From assembly GCA_937927695.1 (NCBI GenBank), contig CALBRU010000051.1:1-38075 (forward strand): a stretch of DNA of 38,075 nucleotides, read 5' to 3'. The stretch comes from an uncultured Thiomonas sp. GTDB lineage: Bacteria; Pseudomonadota; Gammaproteobacteria; Burkholderiales; Burkholderiaceae_C. Numbering within the stretch: the stretch's first letter is position 1; each line of letters opens with the position of its first letter. Made by a program: the position numbers and the translations under genes. Positions 28,976-38,030 of the stretch are shown one piece after another. The notes under the pieces are model-generated. The model searched no databases, had not been told where the DNA came from, and saw only the letters and a list, made by a program, of their open reading frames with translations.

Positions 28976-30268
28976 TCAGGACAAGGTGTCGCGCCAGATA
29001 TTGGTGGCCCACGCCTCGGCGTAGTGCGACTCGACGTCGGACAGCCCTGCCGAGATGCCGCCTGAACCGGGAACGGTGAGATAGGTCTTTTCCTTCTCGT
29101 TGTACTGGTGCACCGTGGCGACGTGAATCGCCTTGTCGAAGCTCACCATGCTGTAGCAGGTGTTCATCACCACCGGATGGTTGTTGACCGGCTGGTCGTA
29201 AAGCATGGACACAATAGCCGCAGCGGCGACCTTGGCGTGCTGGTTGGCCATGTGGCCCGACTTGGGCATCAGCGGCGAAATCTGGATGGAGTCGCCCAGC
29301 ACGTGGATGTCTTTGTGCACCGACGATTCGAAGGTTTTGTAGTCCACCGCGCACCAGCGGCCGTTCATGTTGGCCATCCCGGCCCGCTGGGCGATGACTC
29401 CAGCGCGCTGCTGCGGGATGACGTTGAGCACGTCGGCCTTGACCGGGTTGTCCACTTCGAACTCGACTTCCATCGTTTGCGCGTTCACCCCCACCACGTT
29501 GCGGTCGGGCACGTACTCCACCATGCCCGCGTACATCTCGGCCCAGGCTTTTTTGAACAACGGCTCTTTCGATTGCACTTTGTCGTTGGCGTCGAAAATG
29601 ATGACCTTGGACTTGGGCTTGTGCTTTTTGAAGTAGGCGGCCACCAGCGTGGCGCGCTCGTAAGGGCCGGGAGGGCAGCGGTAGGGGGCCTTGGGCACCG
29701 AGATGGCGAACACCCCGCCGTCCGGCATGGACTCGATCTGCTGGCGCAGCGCCACGGTTTCCGGGCCTGCCTTCATGGAAATGAGCAGTTTGCCCGCTTC
29801 ATTCGCAGCTTTCAGGCCCTTGACCGTATCAAACATCAGATCGATGCCGGGCGAGACCACGAGCTTGTCGTACTTCAGCGTATCGCCGTTGGCAAGCTTG
29901 ACGGTGTGCGCGGCCGGGTCGATGCGCTCCACCGTGCTCTTGACCCATTTCACGCCGTGGCGGTCGCGCAGCGCGTCGTAGGAGGTGGTGATGTCCTGCA
30001 TCGACTTGGCGCCTGCGATGACCAAATTGGAAACGGGGCAGGAGATGAAGGCATCGCCCGGATCGACGACCGTCACCTCGATGGCGTTACCCGACCAGTC
30101 ACGGATGTATTTGGCCGCAGTCGAGCCGCCGTAACCGGCGCCGACAATGACGACCTTGCCTTTGCCCGCGGCGCTGCGGGTGGTGCTGGCGCAGCCCGAC
30201 AGCGCGGGTGCGAGACCGATGGCGCCCACAGTGGCGGCGCCTGCCAGGAATTTGCGACGTGATTGCAT
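28976..30268 (-). CDS. fccB: Flavocytochrome c sulfide dehydrogenase flavoprotein subunit (FccB/SoxF)
   Basis: Tat signal SRRKFL plus lipobox LSG-C; GAGYGG, ISCPVSN, PYRCPPGPYERA, PKSGHMAN, NTCYS. Confidence 0.92.
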   Translation of the reverse strand: MQSRRKFLAGAATVGAIGLAPALSGCASTTRSAAGKGKVVIVGAGYGGSTAAKYIRDWSGNAIEVTVVDPGDAFISCPVSNLVIAGAKSMQDITTSYDALRDRHGVKWVKSTVERIDPAAHTVKLANGDTLKYDKLVVSPGIDLMFDTVKGLKAANEAGKLLISMKAGPETVALRQQIESMPDGGVFAISVPKAPYRCPPGPYERATLVAAYFKKHKPKSKVIIFDANDKVQSKEPLFKKAWAEMYAGMVEYVPDRNVVGVNAQTMEVEFEVDNPVKADVLNVIPQQRAGVIAQRAGMANMNGRWCAVDYKTFESSVHKDIHVLGDSIQISPLMPKSGHMANQHAKVAAAAIVSMLYDQPVNNHPVVMNTCYSMVSFDKAIHVATVHQYNEKEKTYLTVPGSGGISAGLSDVESHYAEAWATNIWRDTLS

Positions 30269-30281
30269 GGCGTGTGCGTCC

Positions 30282-30584
30282 TTACTGTTTTTGCTGCGAG
30301 AAATAGGTGGCGATGACAGCGATCTGCTCATCGGTGTAGCCCTTGGCGATCTGCGGCATGATGGTGCCGGTGCGTTTGCCCGTCTTGTATTCCGCCATGG
30401 TCTCCACGATCGACGCCGAGGTGCGCCCGGCCAGCGAGGGAATGGCTGCGGTGGACACGCCATGCGGCCCGTGACAGTTGAAGCAGGTGGCGGCCAGCGA
30501 CTGGCCCGGCGTGACCAGATCGGCCGCTTGCACCGCGCCCGTGGCGCAGAGCAGGGACGTCGTCAACAACAGTTTGCGCAACAT
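30282..30584 (-). CDS. fccA: Monoheme cytochrome c subunit of flavocytochrome c (FccA-like)
   Basis: Signal peptide, CFNCHG, IPSLAG, TIMPQIAKGY; AAGGAGG RBS. Confidence 0.88.
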   Translation of the reverse strand: MLRKLLLTTSLLCATGAVQAADLVTPGQSLAATCFNCHGPHGVSTAAIPSLAGRTSASIVETMAEYKTGKRTGTIMPQIAKGYTDEQIAVIATYFSQQKQ

Positions 30585-30638
30585 TCGATGCCTCCTTGAT
30601 GAGAGATATAGCGGCAGACCGAAAGACATCAAAAATCT

Positions 30639-30652
30639 TTGATCTGACGCAA
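30639..30652 (-). promoter_or_regulatory. Possible FNR-type box upstream of fccA
   Basis: TTGCG-TCAG-ATCAA on the minus strand; no clear -10 at canonical spacing. Confidence 0.45.
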
Positions 30653-30800
30653 AAGGTATCGAAATGTAGCAAATAGATACATTCGGGTGAACCAGCAGGG
30701 ATCCGCAGCGCTTGAGCGCTGTCAAACCTGGGCAGAGGATGGGGCCTGCTGTGTGATCCGGGTCACACAAGGCAGGCGCTAGCCTGCCGGTGAGGCTGCC

Positions 30801-31268
30801 TCAGGGCTTGATGTAATACCAGCCTTCAGACTGCAACTTGACCAGCTCATAAACCCCGGCTGGCACCACCGTGGCTTCGAGTACCAGTTCGCTTTGCGGA
30901 ATCTTGAGAAAGGTCAGGGTGTTGTTGCAGGCCTTGAACTGCACGCCCTGATTGGCCAAATCGCCAATCATTCCGGAGAACAGCGCGCCTTGCGGCGTTT
31001 TGGCGCCGTTGAGCAGAAAGTGAATGGCCTTGCCATAGCCCACCACGATGAACTGCATCTTGGGGTCTAGTTCCAGCACGTTCTGGATATTGATCAGCCC
31101 CTCATAGGCCTGCTCCAGGCTGTCGCTGATTTGAAACGCCACTTTCCACGGTTCGCTGGAAATCTGCTTCGCAGGAACCGGCCCTTGCGTTTGCGCCTGC
31201 GCAAGCTGGGCGCCGCCCAGGCCAATGAGGCCTGCGCCGAGCAGTCTGATGCGGTCGCGTGGATTCAT
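30801..31268 (-). CDS. Second exported DsrE-family protein
   Basis: Signal peptide, VVGYG, FKACNNTL, VPAGVYE, EGWYYIKP; aligns along its length with 28358-28822; GAGGAG RBS. Confidence 0.85.
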   Translation of the reverse strand: MNPRDRIRLLGAGLIGLGGAQLAQAQTQGPVPAKQISSEPWKVAFQISDSLEQAYEGLINIQNVLELDPKMQFIVVGYGKAIHFLLNGAKTPQGALFSGMIGDLANQGVQFKACNNTLTFLKIPQSELVLEATVVPAGVYELVKLQSEGWYYIKP

Positions 31269-31290
31269 GGAGATCTCCTCGATATTTGGG

Positions 31291-31590
31291 TCAGGCCGAC
31301 GTGTGCGGATGGGTGCGCCGCGTGTGCAGATGATGCAGGCTCCAGCGCTGACGCTCAGCCAGCCAGCGGTACAGCCAATATCCCACCAGGGTGACGAACA
31401 CCAGCGCCAGGGTGTTGAAAAACACCGCTCCGGGCAGGATGGCCAGCAGCTCGAAGCCATTGAAGTCGCGCCATTTCACAACGGCGGTGAGCAAGGCGCT
31501 GAGCACGCCGAAACCGGCGCCAATGGCGGCATTGATGCGCAGCAGGGTCGGCAGGGTGAGGACGGCGGTTTCGATCTGGGGGGAAGTCAT
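31291..31590 (-). CDS. Small two-TM hypothetical membrane protein with His-rich tail
   Basis: 99 aa, two hydrophobic segments, tightly packed between proA and the DsrE gene. Confidence 0.6.
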   Translation of the reverse strand: MTSPQIETAVLTLPTLLRINAAIGAGFGVLSALLTAVVKWRDFNGFELLAILPGAVFFNTLALVFVTLVGYWLYRWLAERQRWSLHHLHTRRTHPHTSA

Positions 31591-31605
31591 GTGTGAGGAA
31601 AAAAA

Positions 31606-32898
31606 TCAGTTGCGCACTTCGCCGTCGCCCAGCACCACCCACTTCACGCTGGTCAGGCCTTCCAGGCCCACCGGGCCGCGGGCGTGAAACTTGTCGGTGG
31701 AAATGCCGATTTCCGCCCCCAGACCATATTCGAACCCGTCAGCGAACCGCGTCGAGGCGTTGACCATGACGCTGGCCGAATCGACCTCGCGCAAAAACTG
31801 CATGGCTCGGGGGTGATCGCGGGTGAGAATGGCGTCGGTGTGTTGCGAGCCGTAGCGGTTGATGTGGGCGATGGCTTCATCCACTCCCTCCACCAGTTTG
31901 ATGGAGATGATGGGCGCGAGATACTCGGCGCTCCAGTCGGCCTCGGTGGCATCGCGCAGCAGCGGTGCGGCGCCGGGCACGGCAGCGAGCAGGGCGCGGC
32001 TGGCCGGGCAGCAGCGCATTTCCACGCCCTTGCGCACGAACGCGGCGCCGATGCGCGGCAGGAAATCGGCCGCTATATCGCGGGCGACGAGCAACGACTC
32101 GGCCGCGTTGCACGGGCTGTAACGCTGGGTTTTGGCGTTGTCGGTCACTTTGACAGCCATGTCGAGATCAGCGCCGCTGTCCACATACACATGGCAGTTG
32201 CCATCGAGATGCTTGATGACCGGCACCCGCGCTTCGGCGCTGATGCGCTCGATCAAGCTCTTGCCGCCGCGCGGAATGATCACATCCACGTACTGCGGCA
32301 TGGTGATGAGCGCCCCCACGGCGGCGCGGTCGGTGGTCGGCACCAGTTGCACCGCGTCGGCGGGCAGGCCGGCCGCCCGCAGCGCCTGCGCCACCAGCTC
32401 GGCCAGCGCGCGGTTGCTGTGTATGGCTTCTGAGCCGCCGCGCAGAATGACCGCGTTGCCGCTCTTGATGGCGAGCGACGCCGCCTCGATGGTGACATTG
32501 GGCCGACTCTCGTAAATCATGCCGAACACGCCCAGCGGCACCCGCATCTGCCCCACGCTGATGCCGCTGGGGCGGCGGCGCACGCCGTCAATGCCGCCAA
32601 CCGGGTCGGCCAGCGCGGCGACCTGCTCGCAGCTTTGCGCCATCTGCTCGACCACCTTATCGCTCAGGGTGAGACGGTCGACGAACGCCGCTTCCAGCCC
32701 GGCTTCGCGCGCTGCGTGCAAGTCACGCAGATTGGCGTCCTGCAGAGCGGGGCGATGCGCCCGGATGGCGGCAGCCAGCGCGATCAGCGCACCATCTTTC
32801 GCCGCAGTTGACGCCCGGGCCATGTCACGTGAAGCGGCACGAGCACGAGCCCCGAGGTCGGCCATCAGGGTGTGGATCTGTTCAGAAGAAGCGTCCAT
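31606..32898 (-). CDS. proA: Gamma-glutamyl phosphate reductase
   Basis: [50 protein letters not shown]. Confidence 0.97.
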   Translation of the reverse strand: MDASSEQIHTLMADLGARARAASRDMARASTAAKDGALIALAAAIRAHRPALQDANLRDLHAAREAGLEAAFVDRLTLSDKVVEQMAQSCEQVAALADPVGGIDGVRRRPSGISVGQMRVPLGVFGMIYESRPNVTIEAASLAIKSGNAVILRGGSEAIHSNRALAELVAQALRAAGLPADAVQLVPTTDRAAVGALITMPQYVDVIIPRGGKSLIERISAEARVPVIKHLDGNCHVYVDSGADLDMAVKVTDNAKTQRYSPCNAAESLLVARDIAADFLPRIGAAFVRKGVEMRCCPASRALLAAVPGAAPLLRDATEADWSAEYLAPIISIKLVEGVDEAIAHINRYGSQHTDAILTRDHPRAMQFLREVDSASVMVNASTRFADGFEYGLGAEIGISTDKFHARGPVGLEGLTSVKWVVLGDGEVRN

Positions 32899-33056
32899 GA
32901 AACTGTAAATAAAGCAGAAGTTTCAAAATTCGGGCCGAAAAACGATACTCAAGGTCATGCAATCCCAATAAGCTATTCAGGTCGCCCGAGCGAGGTGCAA
33001 TTGTGCGCCAAGGGGGCTGGACTTGCTGAACTGAATTATTGACCAAGGAGTAAATC

Positions 33057-33476
33057 ATGGGACTGTTCGATAGCGTGGCTGGGGGTTTGGGGCAGATGCT
33101 GGGAGGCCAGCAGGCCCAGGGCGCAGCGGGGGACAACCCGATGCTGCAGGTGGTCATGGGGCTGATGAACAACAGCGGCGGTCTGAGCGGGCTGCTGGAC
33201 AAGTTCCAGCAGGGCGGCCTGGGCGATCTGGTGCAGTCGTGGGTGGGTACGGGCTCGAATCTGCCGATTTCGGCCGAGCAGATTCAGCAGGTGCTGGGCA
33301 GCGGCGCATTGGGCGACATTGCCAGCAAGCTCGGCATTCAGCCGGAACAGGCCGCGGGGGAGTTGTCGCAGGCGCTGCCCGATGTGGTGGACAAACTCAC
33401 GCCGGGCGGCCAGTTGCCGACTGAGGGCGATCTGATGGCGACCGCGCAGCAGATGCTGGGCAAGCTGCTGGGTTGA
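33057..33476 (+). CDS. YidB family protein
   Basis: MGLFD, GGLSGLLDKFQQGGLG...SWVGTGSNLPIS, LPDVVDKLTP; AAGGAG RBS. Confidence 0.9.
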   Translation: MGLFDSVAGGLGQMLGGQQAQGAAGDNPMLQVVMGLMNNSGGLSGLLDKFQQGGLGDLVQSWVGTGSNLPISAEQIQQVLGSGALGDIASKLGIQPEQAAGELSQALPDVVDKLTPGGQLPTEGDLMATAQQMLGKLLG

Positions 33477-33480
33477 AGCC

Positions 33481-33545
33481 CTGGTAATGTACTGGTAATG
33501 TTTTGACGCAGATTCGATCAGACCAGCAATCGCGTTTCTGATCGA
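33481..33545. promoter_or_regulatory. Direct repeat plus palindrome upstream of tsdBA
   Basis: CTGGTAATGT twice with 11-nt period (33481-33501); TCGATCAGA-N14-TCTGATCGA (33514-33545). Confidence 0.45.
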
Positions 33546-33681
33546 TATCGACAGAAGGCGTTTGTTCATTCCGCCAACCGCCTTTAGACTTCTCCTCAAC
33601 CCTGACAGGGTTTCCCCGCAACGGCAATCGTCACTTGCCGCGCAATATGAAACCCTGCACCGACTTGAGAGGAGTCTCCCC

Positions 33682-34335
33682 ATGCGTCAATTCATCCCGA
33701 TGCGCCGAGTGCTGGCTGTGGCCACGCTCGGCGCCTTGTTTTGGGCCGCGCCCGCGAGCTGGGCTGCCGCCCCGCCTGAAGCGGCGTCCTGCATCGCCTG
33801 TCACGGCGCCGATGGCATGGGCAATACGGCTGCGGGTTATCCGCGGCTGGCGGGCCTGCCCGAGCAATATCTGGCCGATCAACTGCGCTATTTCGCCGAC
33901 GGCGCGCGCAACAACGCCATCATGTCCGGCATGGCCAAGCCGCTGACCCCGGCGCAGGTCACGACGCTGGCGACCTACTACTCCAAGCTCAAGCCCAGCG
34001 GCAAACCCGCGCCCATGCCAACCGGGGCGGCGGCGACCGAGGGCGAGCGACTGGCGCTGCGCGGCGATTGGGAAAAAGGCATTCCCGCCTGTATCCGCTG
34101 CCATGGCCCAGGAGCGGTTGGCGTGGGTGAGAACTTCCCCGCTCTGGTCGGCCAGAGCGCCGCCTATATCGAGGCGCAGATCAAGGCCTGGAAGGATGGC
34201 AGCCGCAGCGGCGATCCGCTGGGCCTGATGCACACCGTCGCCTTGCGCATGACCGATGCGCAAACGCAGGCCGTGGCGCAGTGGCTTGCGGCGCAGCCCC
34301 TGAGTCCTGCCAAGTCCGCCTCGGCAAAACATTGA
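33682..34335 (+). CDS. tsdB: Diheme c4-type cytochrome TsdB
   Basis: Signal peptide, CIACH and CIRCH heme motifs, YPRLAG/FPALVGQ; directly upstream of tsdA; GAGGAG RBS. Confidence 0.88.
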   Translation: MRQFIPMRRVLAVATLGALFWAAPASWAAAPPEAASCIACHGADGMGNTAAGYPRLAGLPEQYLADQLRYFADGARNNAIMSGMAKPLTPAQVTTLATYYSKLKPSGKPAPMPTGAAATEGERLALRGDWEKGIPACIRCHGPGAVGVGENFPALVGQSAAYIEAQIKAWKDGSRSGDPLGLMHTVALRMTDAQTQAVAQWLAAQPLSPAKSASAKH

Positions 34336-34347
34336 TCGGAGCGCTCC

Positions 34348-35292
34348 ATGACATGCAAACAAACCCCTATGACGCTGGCGCTGTGCGCGCTTGGTTTATT
34401 CGCCGCTTCTGCGGCTTCGGCCCTGGCGGCCGAAGCGCCGATGGCGCCTCCGAAGTCGGAAATCAATGCGGCGGTGGGCACCGGCGCCAAATTCACCCCG
34501 CCGCCAGAGTCGGCCATTCCCGATGATGATTTCGGCAAGATGGTCAAGCTCGGGCGTGACATCATGCTCGACACGCCCAAATACGCGAAAGACTTTGTCG
34601 GCAACACCCTGAGCTGTGTGAACTGCCATACCGACGCCGGCCGCATGGCGGGCTCAGCGCCGCTGTGGGCGGCGTATGTCAGCTATCCCGCTTATCGCGG
34701 CAAGAACAAAAAGGTCAACACCTTCGAGGAGCGTCTGCAAGGCTGCTTCAAGTTCAGCCAAAACGGCAAGGCGCCCCCCTTGGGCAGCAAAACCCTGGTG
34801 GCGCTGGAAAGTTATTCCTACTGGCTTTCCAAGGGGCTGCCGGTCGATGAAAAAGTGGCCGGACGCGGTTACCCGAACCTGCCCGAGCCGCAGCAGACGC
34901 CCGACTATGTGCGGGGTCAGAAGGTGTACGAGGCCAAGTGCATTTTGTGTCACGCTGCCAATGGAGAGGGACAGTACGTCAACGGCGAAACCGTGTTTCC
35001 GCCGCTGTGGGGGCCCAAGTCGTTCAACTGGGGCGCGGGCATGGGCAGCTACAAAAACGCGGCCAAGTTCATTTACGCCAATATGCCCTACGGCATGAGC
35101 TACAGCCTGAGCCCGCAGGAGGCTTGGGACGTCGCCTATTTCATGGACGCGCAGGAGCGCCCACAAGATCCGCGCTGGCAGGGCAGCGTGGCGGCCACCC
35201 GTGCCAAGTTCCACGACAGCAAGTTCAGTCTGTACGGCACCAAGGTCAACGGCAAGCTGCTGGGTGACATCGGTGCGCCCAAACCTCGCTGA
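34348..35292 (+). CDS. tsdA: Thiosulfate dehydrogenase (tetrathionate-forming) TsdA
   Basis: GNTLSCVNCH, YPAYR, RLQGCFKFSQNG (active-site Cys), CILCH, PPLWG..SFNWGAGM, NMPYG. Confidence 0.93.
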   Translation: MTCKQTPMTLALCALGLFAASAASALAAEAPMAPPKSEINAAVGTGAKFTPPPESAIPDDDFGKMVKLGRDIMLDTPKYAKDFVGNTLSCVNCHTDAGRMAGSAPLWAAYVSYPAYRGKNKKVNTFEERLQGCFKFSQNGKAPPLGSKTLVALESYSYWLSKGLPVDEKVAGRGYPNLPEPQQTPDYVRGQKVYEAKCILCHAANGEGQYVNGETVFPPLWGPKSFNWGAGMGSYKNAAKFIYANMPYGMSYSLSPQEAWDVAYFMDAQERPQDPRWQGSVAATRAKFHDSKFSLYGTKVNGKLLGDIGAPKPR

Positions 35293-35310
35293 GCGATCGT
35301 TGAGGTCCGT

Positions 35311-35344
35311 CGCAACGCCCTGCTTCTGCAGGGCGTTGTGGTTT
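35311..35344. terminator. Hairpin between convergent tsdA and MFS genes
   Basis: 11-bp stem CAACGCCCTGC-TTCT-GCAGGGCGTTG. Confidence 0.6.
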
Positions 35345-36663
35345 CAGGGGGCAGCGTTGCGCGGCTCGATTTTTTTGAAAAACCGCTGATACAAAACCAG
35401 ATAGGCCGCCTGAAACGTAGCCGCCACAAAAAACGGGGCGATCAGCCAGCCCAGGTGCAGCAAAACCCCTGCAATCAAAGGCCCAATGGCGCGCGGAATC
35501 TGGATGGACACATTGTTGACGGTTGCGGCCAGACCGCGTCGATCCGGGCCCGTCAGGCTCACGGTCAGTGCTTGACGTACGCCCATGGTCCCTTGATTCG
35601 CCGTTGCGCGCAGGGCGTAAAAACCGGCTGCGATCCAGAATACTGGCGACAAAGGCGTGAGCACCAGCATGATCAGCCCCATCGTGCGCATGCCGACCAC
35701 GGCCCGCACCGCGCCGAAGCGTTGCGCCAGGCGGCTTGCGATCTGCGCGCCGAAAGCGGCGAAAACAAAGCTCACCGCCATGGCAGGCCCAATGCTGGCC
35801 GGCCCGTGCCCATAGCGCACCAAATACCAGTAGGCCATCAGAGGAGCGACCATGCCGATGCCCAGGCCGTTGAGCGCGTTCACCAACCCGAGCCGCCAGA
35901 GCAAGGCGTTTTCGCGCAGGTGGCGGGTTTGGAGGTCGGCATCGTCTTGGGCTTCGGCAGCCTTTGCCAGGGGCAGAGGACGAGCTTCAGGGTTTGCCGC
36001 TGTCGGGGCGTCTTCGGCTTTCAGCAGCAGAAAAAAACCCATTGCCGAGCCCAGCAGCGGCAGGATGAATAGGCTGCGGTAAGCCCAATCCGTCGGCATG
36101 AAAACGCTGAGCCAATCGGGCGCGGCGCCCAACACGGCGCCCAGCGCCATGCCGAGCATGCCCAGCGTGGAGTTCAGGCTGAAAATCTGTGAGCGCAGCG
36201 CAGGCGGCGTGCCGTGGGCCAGCCACGATTGTTCTAGCGGCCCGAACGGACCGGCGGCTCCATTGGCGCCGCGGCCGAATCCCCCCAGCAAAGCTGTGGG
36301 CACCAGCAGCCAGGGTGTGGCTGTGAGCAGGGCCACCGCCGCGCAAACGACGAGAACCAGCTCGTACCCCAGCAGGAACTGGCGCCGCCCAAGCCGGTCG
36401 CTCAACGGCCCGATCCACAGCGTAAGTGCCGCACCGATGAACAGCCCGCCGCTGAGTACCGCGCCGATCTGAGGCGCATTCCAGTTCAGCGCGTGCAGGT
36501 AGAGGGTGAAGGCCGCGACCAGCGCGCCCTGACCGATGCTCCGCGCAGTGCGGGCGAGAATGATGCGCCGCGCCGCCGGAGAAATCTGCGCCCAGGCGCT
36601 GCGCTTGTGGTTGAACGCGTCACCGGGCCGCTGGGGGAGTGCCTCGGGCGCTGCGGTCTGCAT
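35344..36663 (-). CDS. MFS transporter
   Basis: About 12 TM helices, GPLSDRLGRR (motif A), second-half RLAQRFG. Confidence 0.9.
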   Translation of the reverse strand: MQTAAPEALPQRPGDAFNHKRSAWAQISPAARRIILARTARSIGQGALVAAFTLYLHALNWNAPQIGAVLSGGLFIGAALTLWIGPLSDRLGRRQFLLGYELVLVVCAAVALLTATPWLLVPTALLGGFGRGANGAAGPFGPLEQSWLAHGTPPALRSQIFSLNSTLGMLGMALGAVLGAAPDWLSVFMPTDWAYRSLFILPLLGSAMGFFLLLKAEDAPTAANPEARPLPLAKAAEAQDDADLQTRHLRENALLWRLGLVNALNGLGIGMVAPLMAYWYLVRYGHGPASIGPAMAVSFVFAAFGAQIASRLAQRFGAVRAVVGMRTMGLIMLVLTPLSPVFWIAAGFYALRATANQGTMGVRQALTVSLTGPDRRGLAATVNNVSIQIPRAIGPLIAGVLLHLGWLIAPFFVAATFQAAYLVLYQRFFKKIEPRNAAP

Positions 36664-36676
36664 TTTCTTGCTGCGT

Positions 36677-37321
36677 TTATTCCGGAGCAGCTGTTGTGGG
36701 GATTGCGGCGGTCGCTACGCGGTTGTCGCGAATTTCCACAGTGCGCGCCTGTTGCGACGGCTTGGCCCCGGAGCCTGCGGGGGCGGCCATGTAGTGCTTG
36801 ATCTGGGCAATCACAGCGGGCTTGTCCCAGTCTTCTGGGCCCATGGTGCGGGCGATCTCTTCGCCCTGCTTGTTGATCAGGATGGTGGTCGGCGTGCCCA
36901 GAATGCTCAGAGTGTCGAGCACCTGGGTGGTGGGGTCGACGTAGATCGGCAGGTGGCTGATGAAGTTGTCGTCGTAAAAGCTTTTCACGGTGTAGATGCC
37001 GCCTTTGTCCACGGACAGCGGCACGACGGCGAAGTTTTTGCCGCCGAGCAGCTTTTGCAGTTTGTCCAGCGTGGGCATTTCATGCACGCAGGGCGGGCAC
37101 CAGGTCGCCCAGATATTGAGCAGCACGACCTTGCCCTTGAAATCCGCCAGGGTCATGTGTTTGCCCTGCGCATTTTCAAAAGTGACCTGAGACAGTGGCA
37201 ACTTGTGCGCTGTGGGGTAGGGGGTAAAGGTGAATCCTGCTGCCCAGGAGGCGGGCGCGCAGGCGGCGCAGAGCACGATTGCGGCGCTGGCGCGGCGCAA
37301 AAAAACGGTAAGAGACTGCAT
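36677..37321 (-). CDS. Exported TlpA/ResA-family thiol-disulfide reductase
   Basis: Signal peptide, GKVVLLNIWATWCPPCVHEMP, GTPTT. Confidence 0.9.
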   Translation of the reverse strand: MQSLTVFLRRASAAIVLCAACAPASWAAGFTFTPYPTAHKLPLSQVTFENAQGKHMTLADFKGKVVLLNIWATWCPPCVHEMPTLDKLQKLLGGKNFAVVPLSVDKGGIYTVKSFYDDNFISHLPIYVDPTTQVLDTLSILGTPTTILINKQGEEIARTMGPEDWDKPAVIAQIKHYMAAPAGSGAKPSQQARTVEIRDNRVATAAIPTTAAPE

Positions 37322-37511
37322 GAAACGGCTCCAACAAATGAAATGACCACGCCATCAGCGGTGGTGGTTGGCGCAGACGCCCCAAGGTCATCACGCAGAC
37401 GGCAGGGGCGCGGCGGACATTAACAACATAGCTGGGCCGAGCTTAGGGCAACGTAACGGGTTGTAGTGCCTGTTCGGCGTATGGTGGCATCTTTGCTGAC
37501 CCGCTTACGCC

Positions 37512-37970
37512 ATGCCCGCCTTACTCGACCTGCAACTGGCGCACCTCGTTCTCGCGATACATCTTGGTGTGATTGTTTTCAACGTGGCCGGTCTGATCGT
37601 CGTGCCGCTGGGCGCTTGGCGGCGCTGGCGCTGGGTGCGCGGCTGCGTCTGGCGCGCAGCGCATCTGCTGTCGATGGCGGTGGTGGCGGCGCAGGCTGCG
37701 CTGGGACGTGCCTGCTTTCTCACCTTGTGGCAGAGCGCGCTGATGCAAGATGCCGGACAGCGCGGCTATACCGCGGGCCTGATCCAGACCTGGATCGATC
37801 ATTTGATTTTCTGGAATCTGCCCCTGGCGGTGTTCACCGTCATCTATCTGGCCGTGGGGGCCTACACCCTGGCGCTGTGGTGGTGGGTACCGCCGCGCTG
37901 CAGGCGGGTCAGGGCCCAGCCCAGCAGCAAGGCGAACGCCGCCAGCAGCACCTCGGGCCAGTCGCCATAG
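37512..37970 (+). CDS. DUF2784 family membrane protein
   Basis: LVLAIHL, RAAHL, ACFLTLWQ, IQTWIDHLIF, FTVIY; the 3' end overlaps lnt. Confidence 0.75.
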   Translation: MPALLDLQLAHLVLAIHLGVIVFNVAGLIVVPLGAWRRWRWVRGCVWRAAHLLSMAVVAAQAALGRACFLTLWQSALMQDAGQRGYTAGLIQTWIDHLIFWNLPLAVFTVIYLAVGAYTLALWWWVPPRCRRVRAQPSSKANAASSTSGQSP

Positions 37971-38030
37971 CGTGACGCCAGCCAGGCGAACGGCGTCAGT
38001 CCGGCGTGTCCCTGCACCGAGCCGGTGAGC
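37862..38030 (-). CDS. lnt: C-terminal 55 aa of apolipoprotein N-acyltransferase (5'-truncated; absent from the ORF track)
   Basis: Minus strand reads LTGSVQGHAGLTPFAWLASRYGDWPEVLLAAFALLLGW...ARV*, matching the Lnt C-terminal G.TPY/F..GDWP motif plus final TM. Confidence 0.75.

Noticed and set aside
37325-37510. Structured ncRNA between tlpA and DUF2784
   Set aside because: Only short GC stems expected by chance; nothing I can assign to a family.
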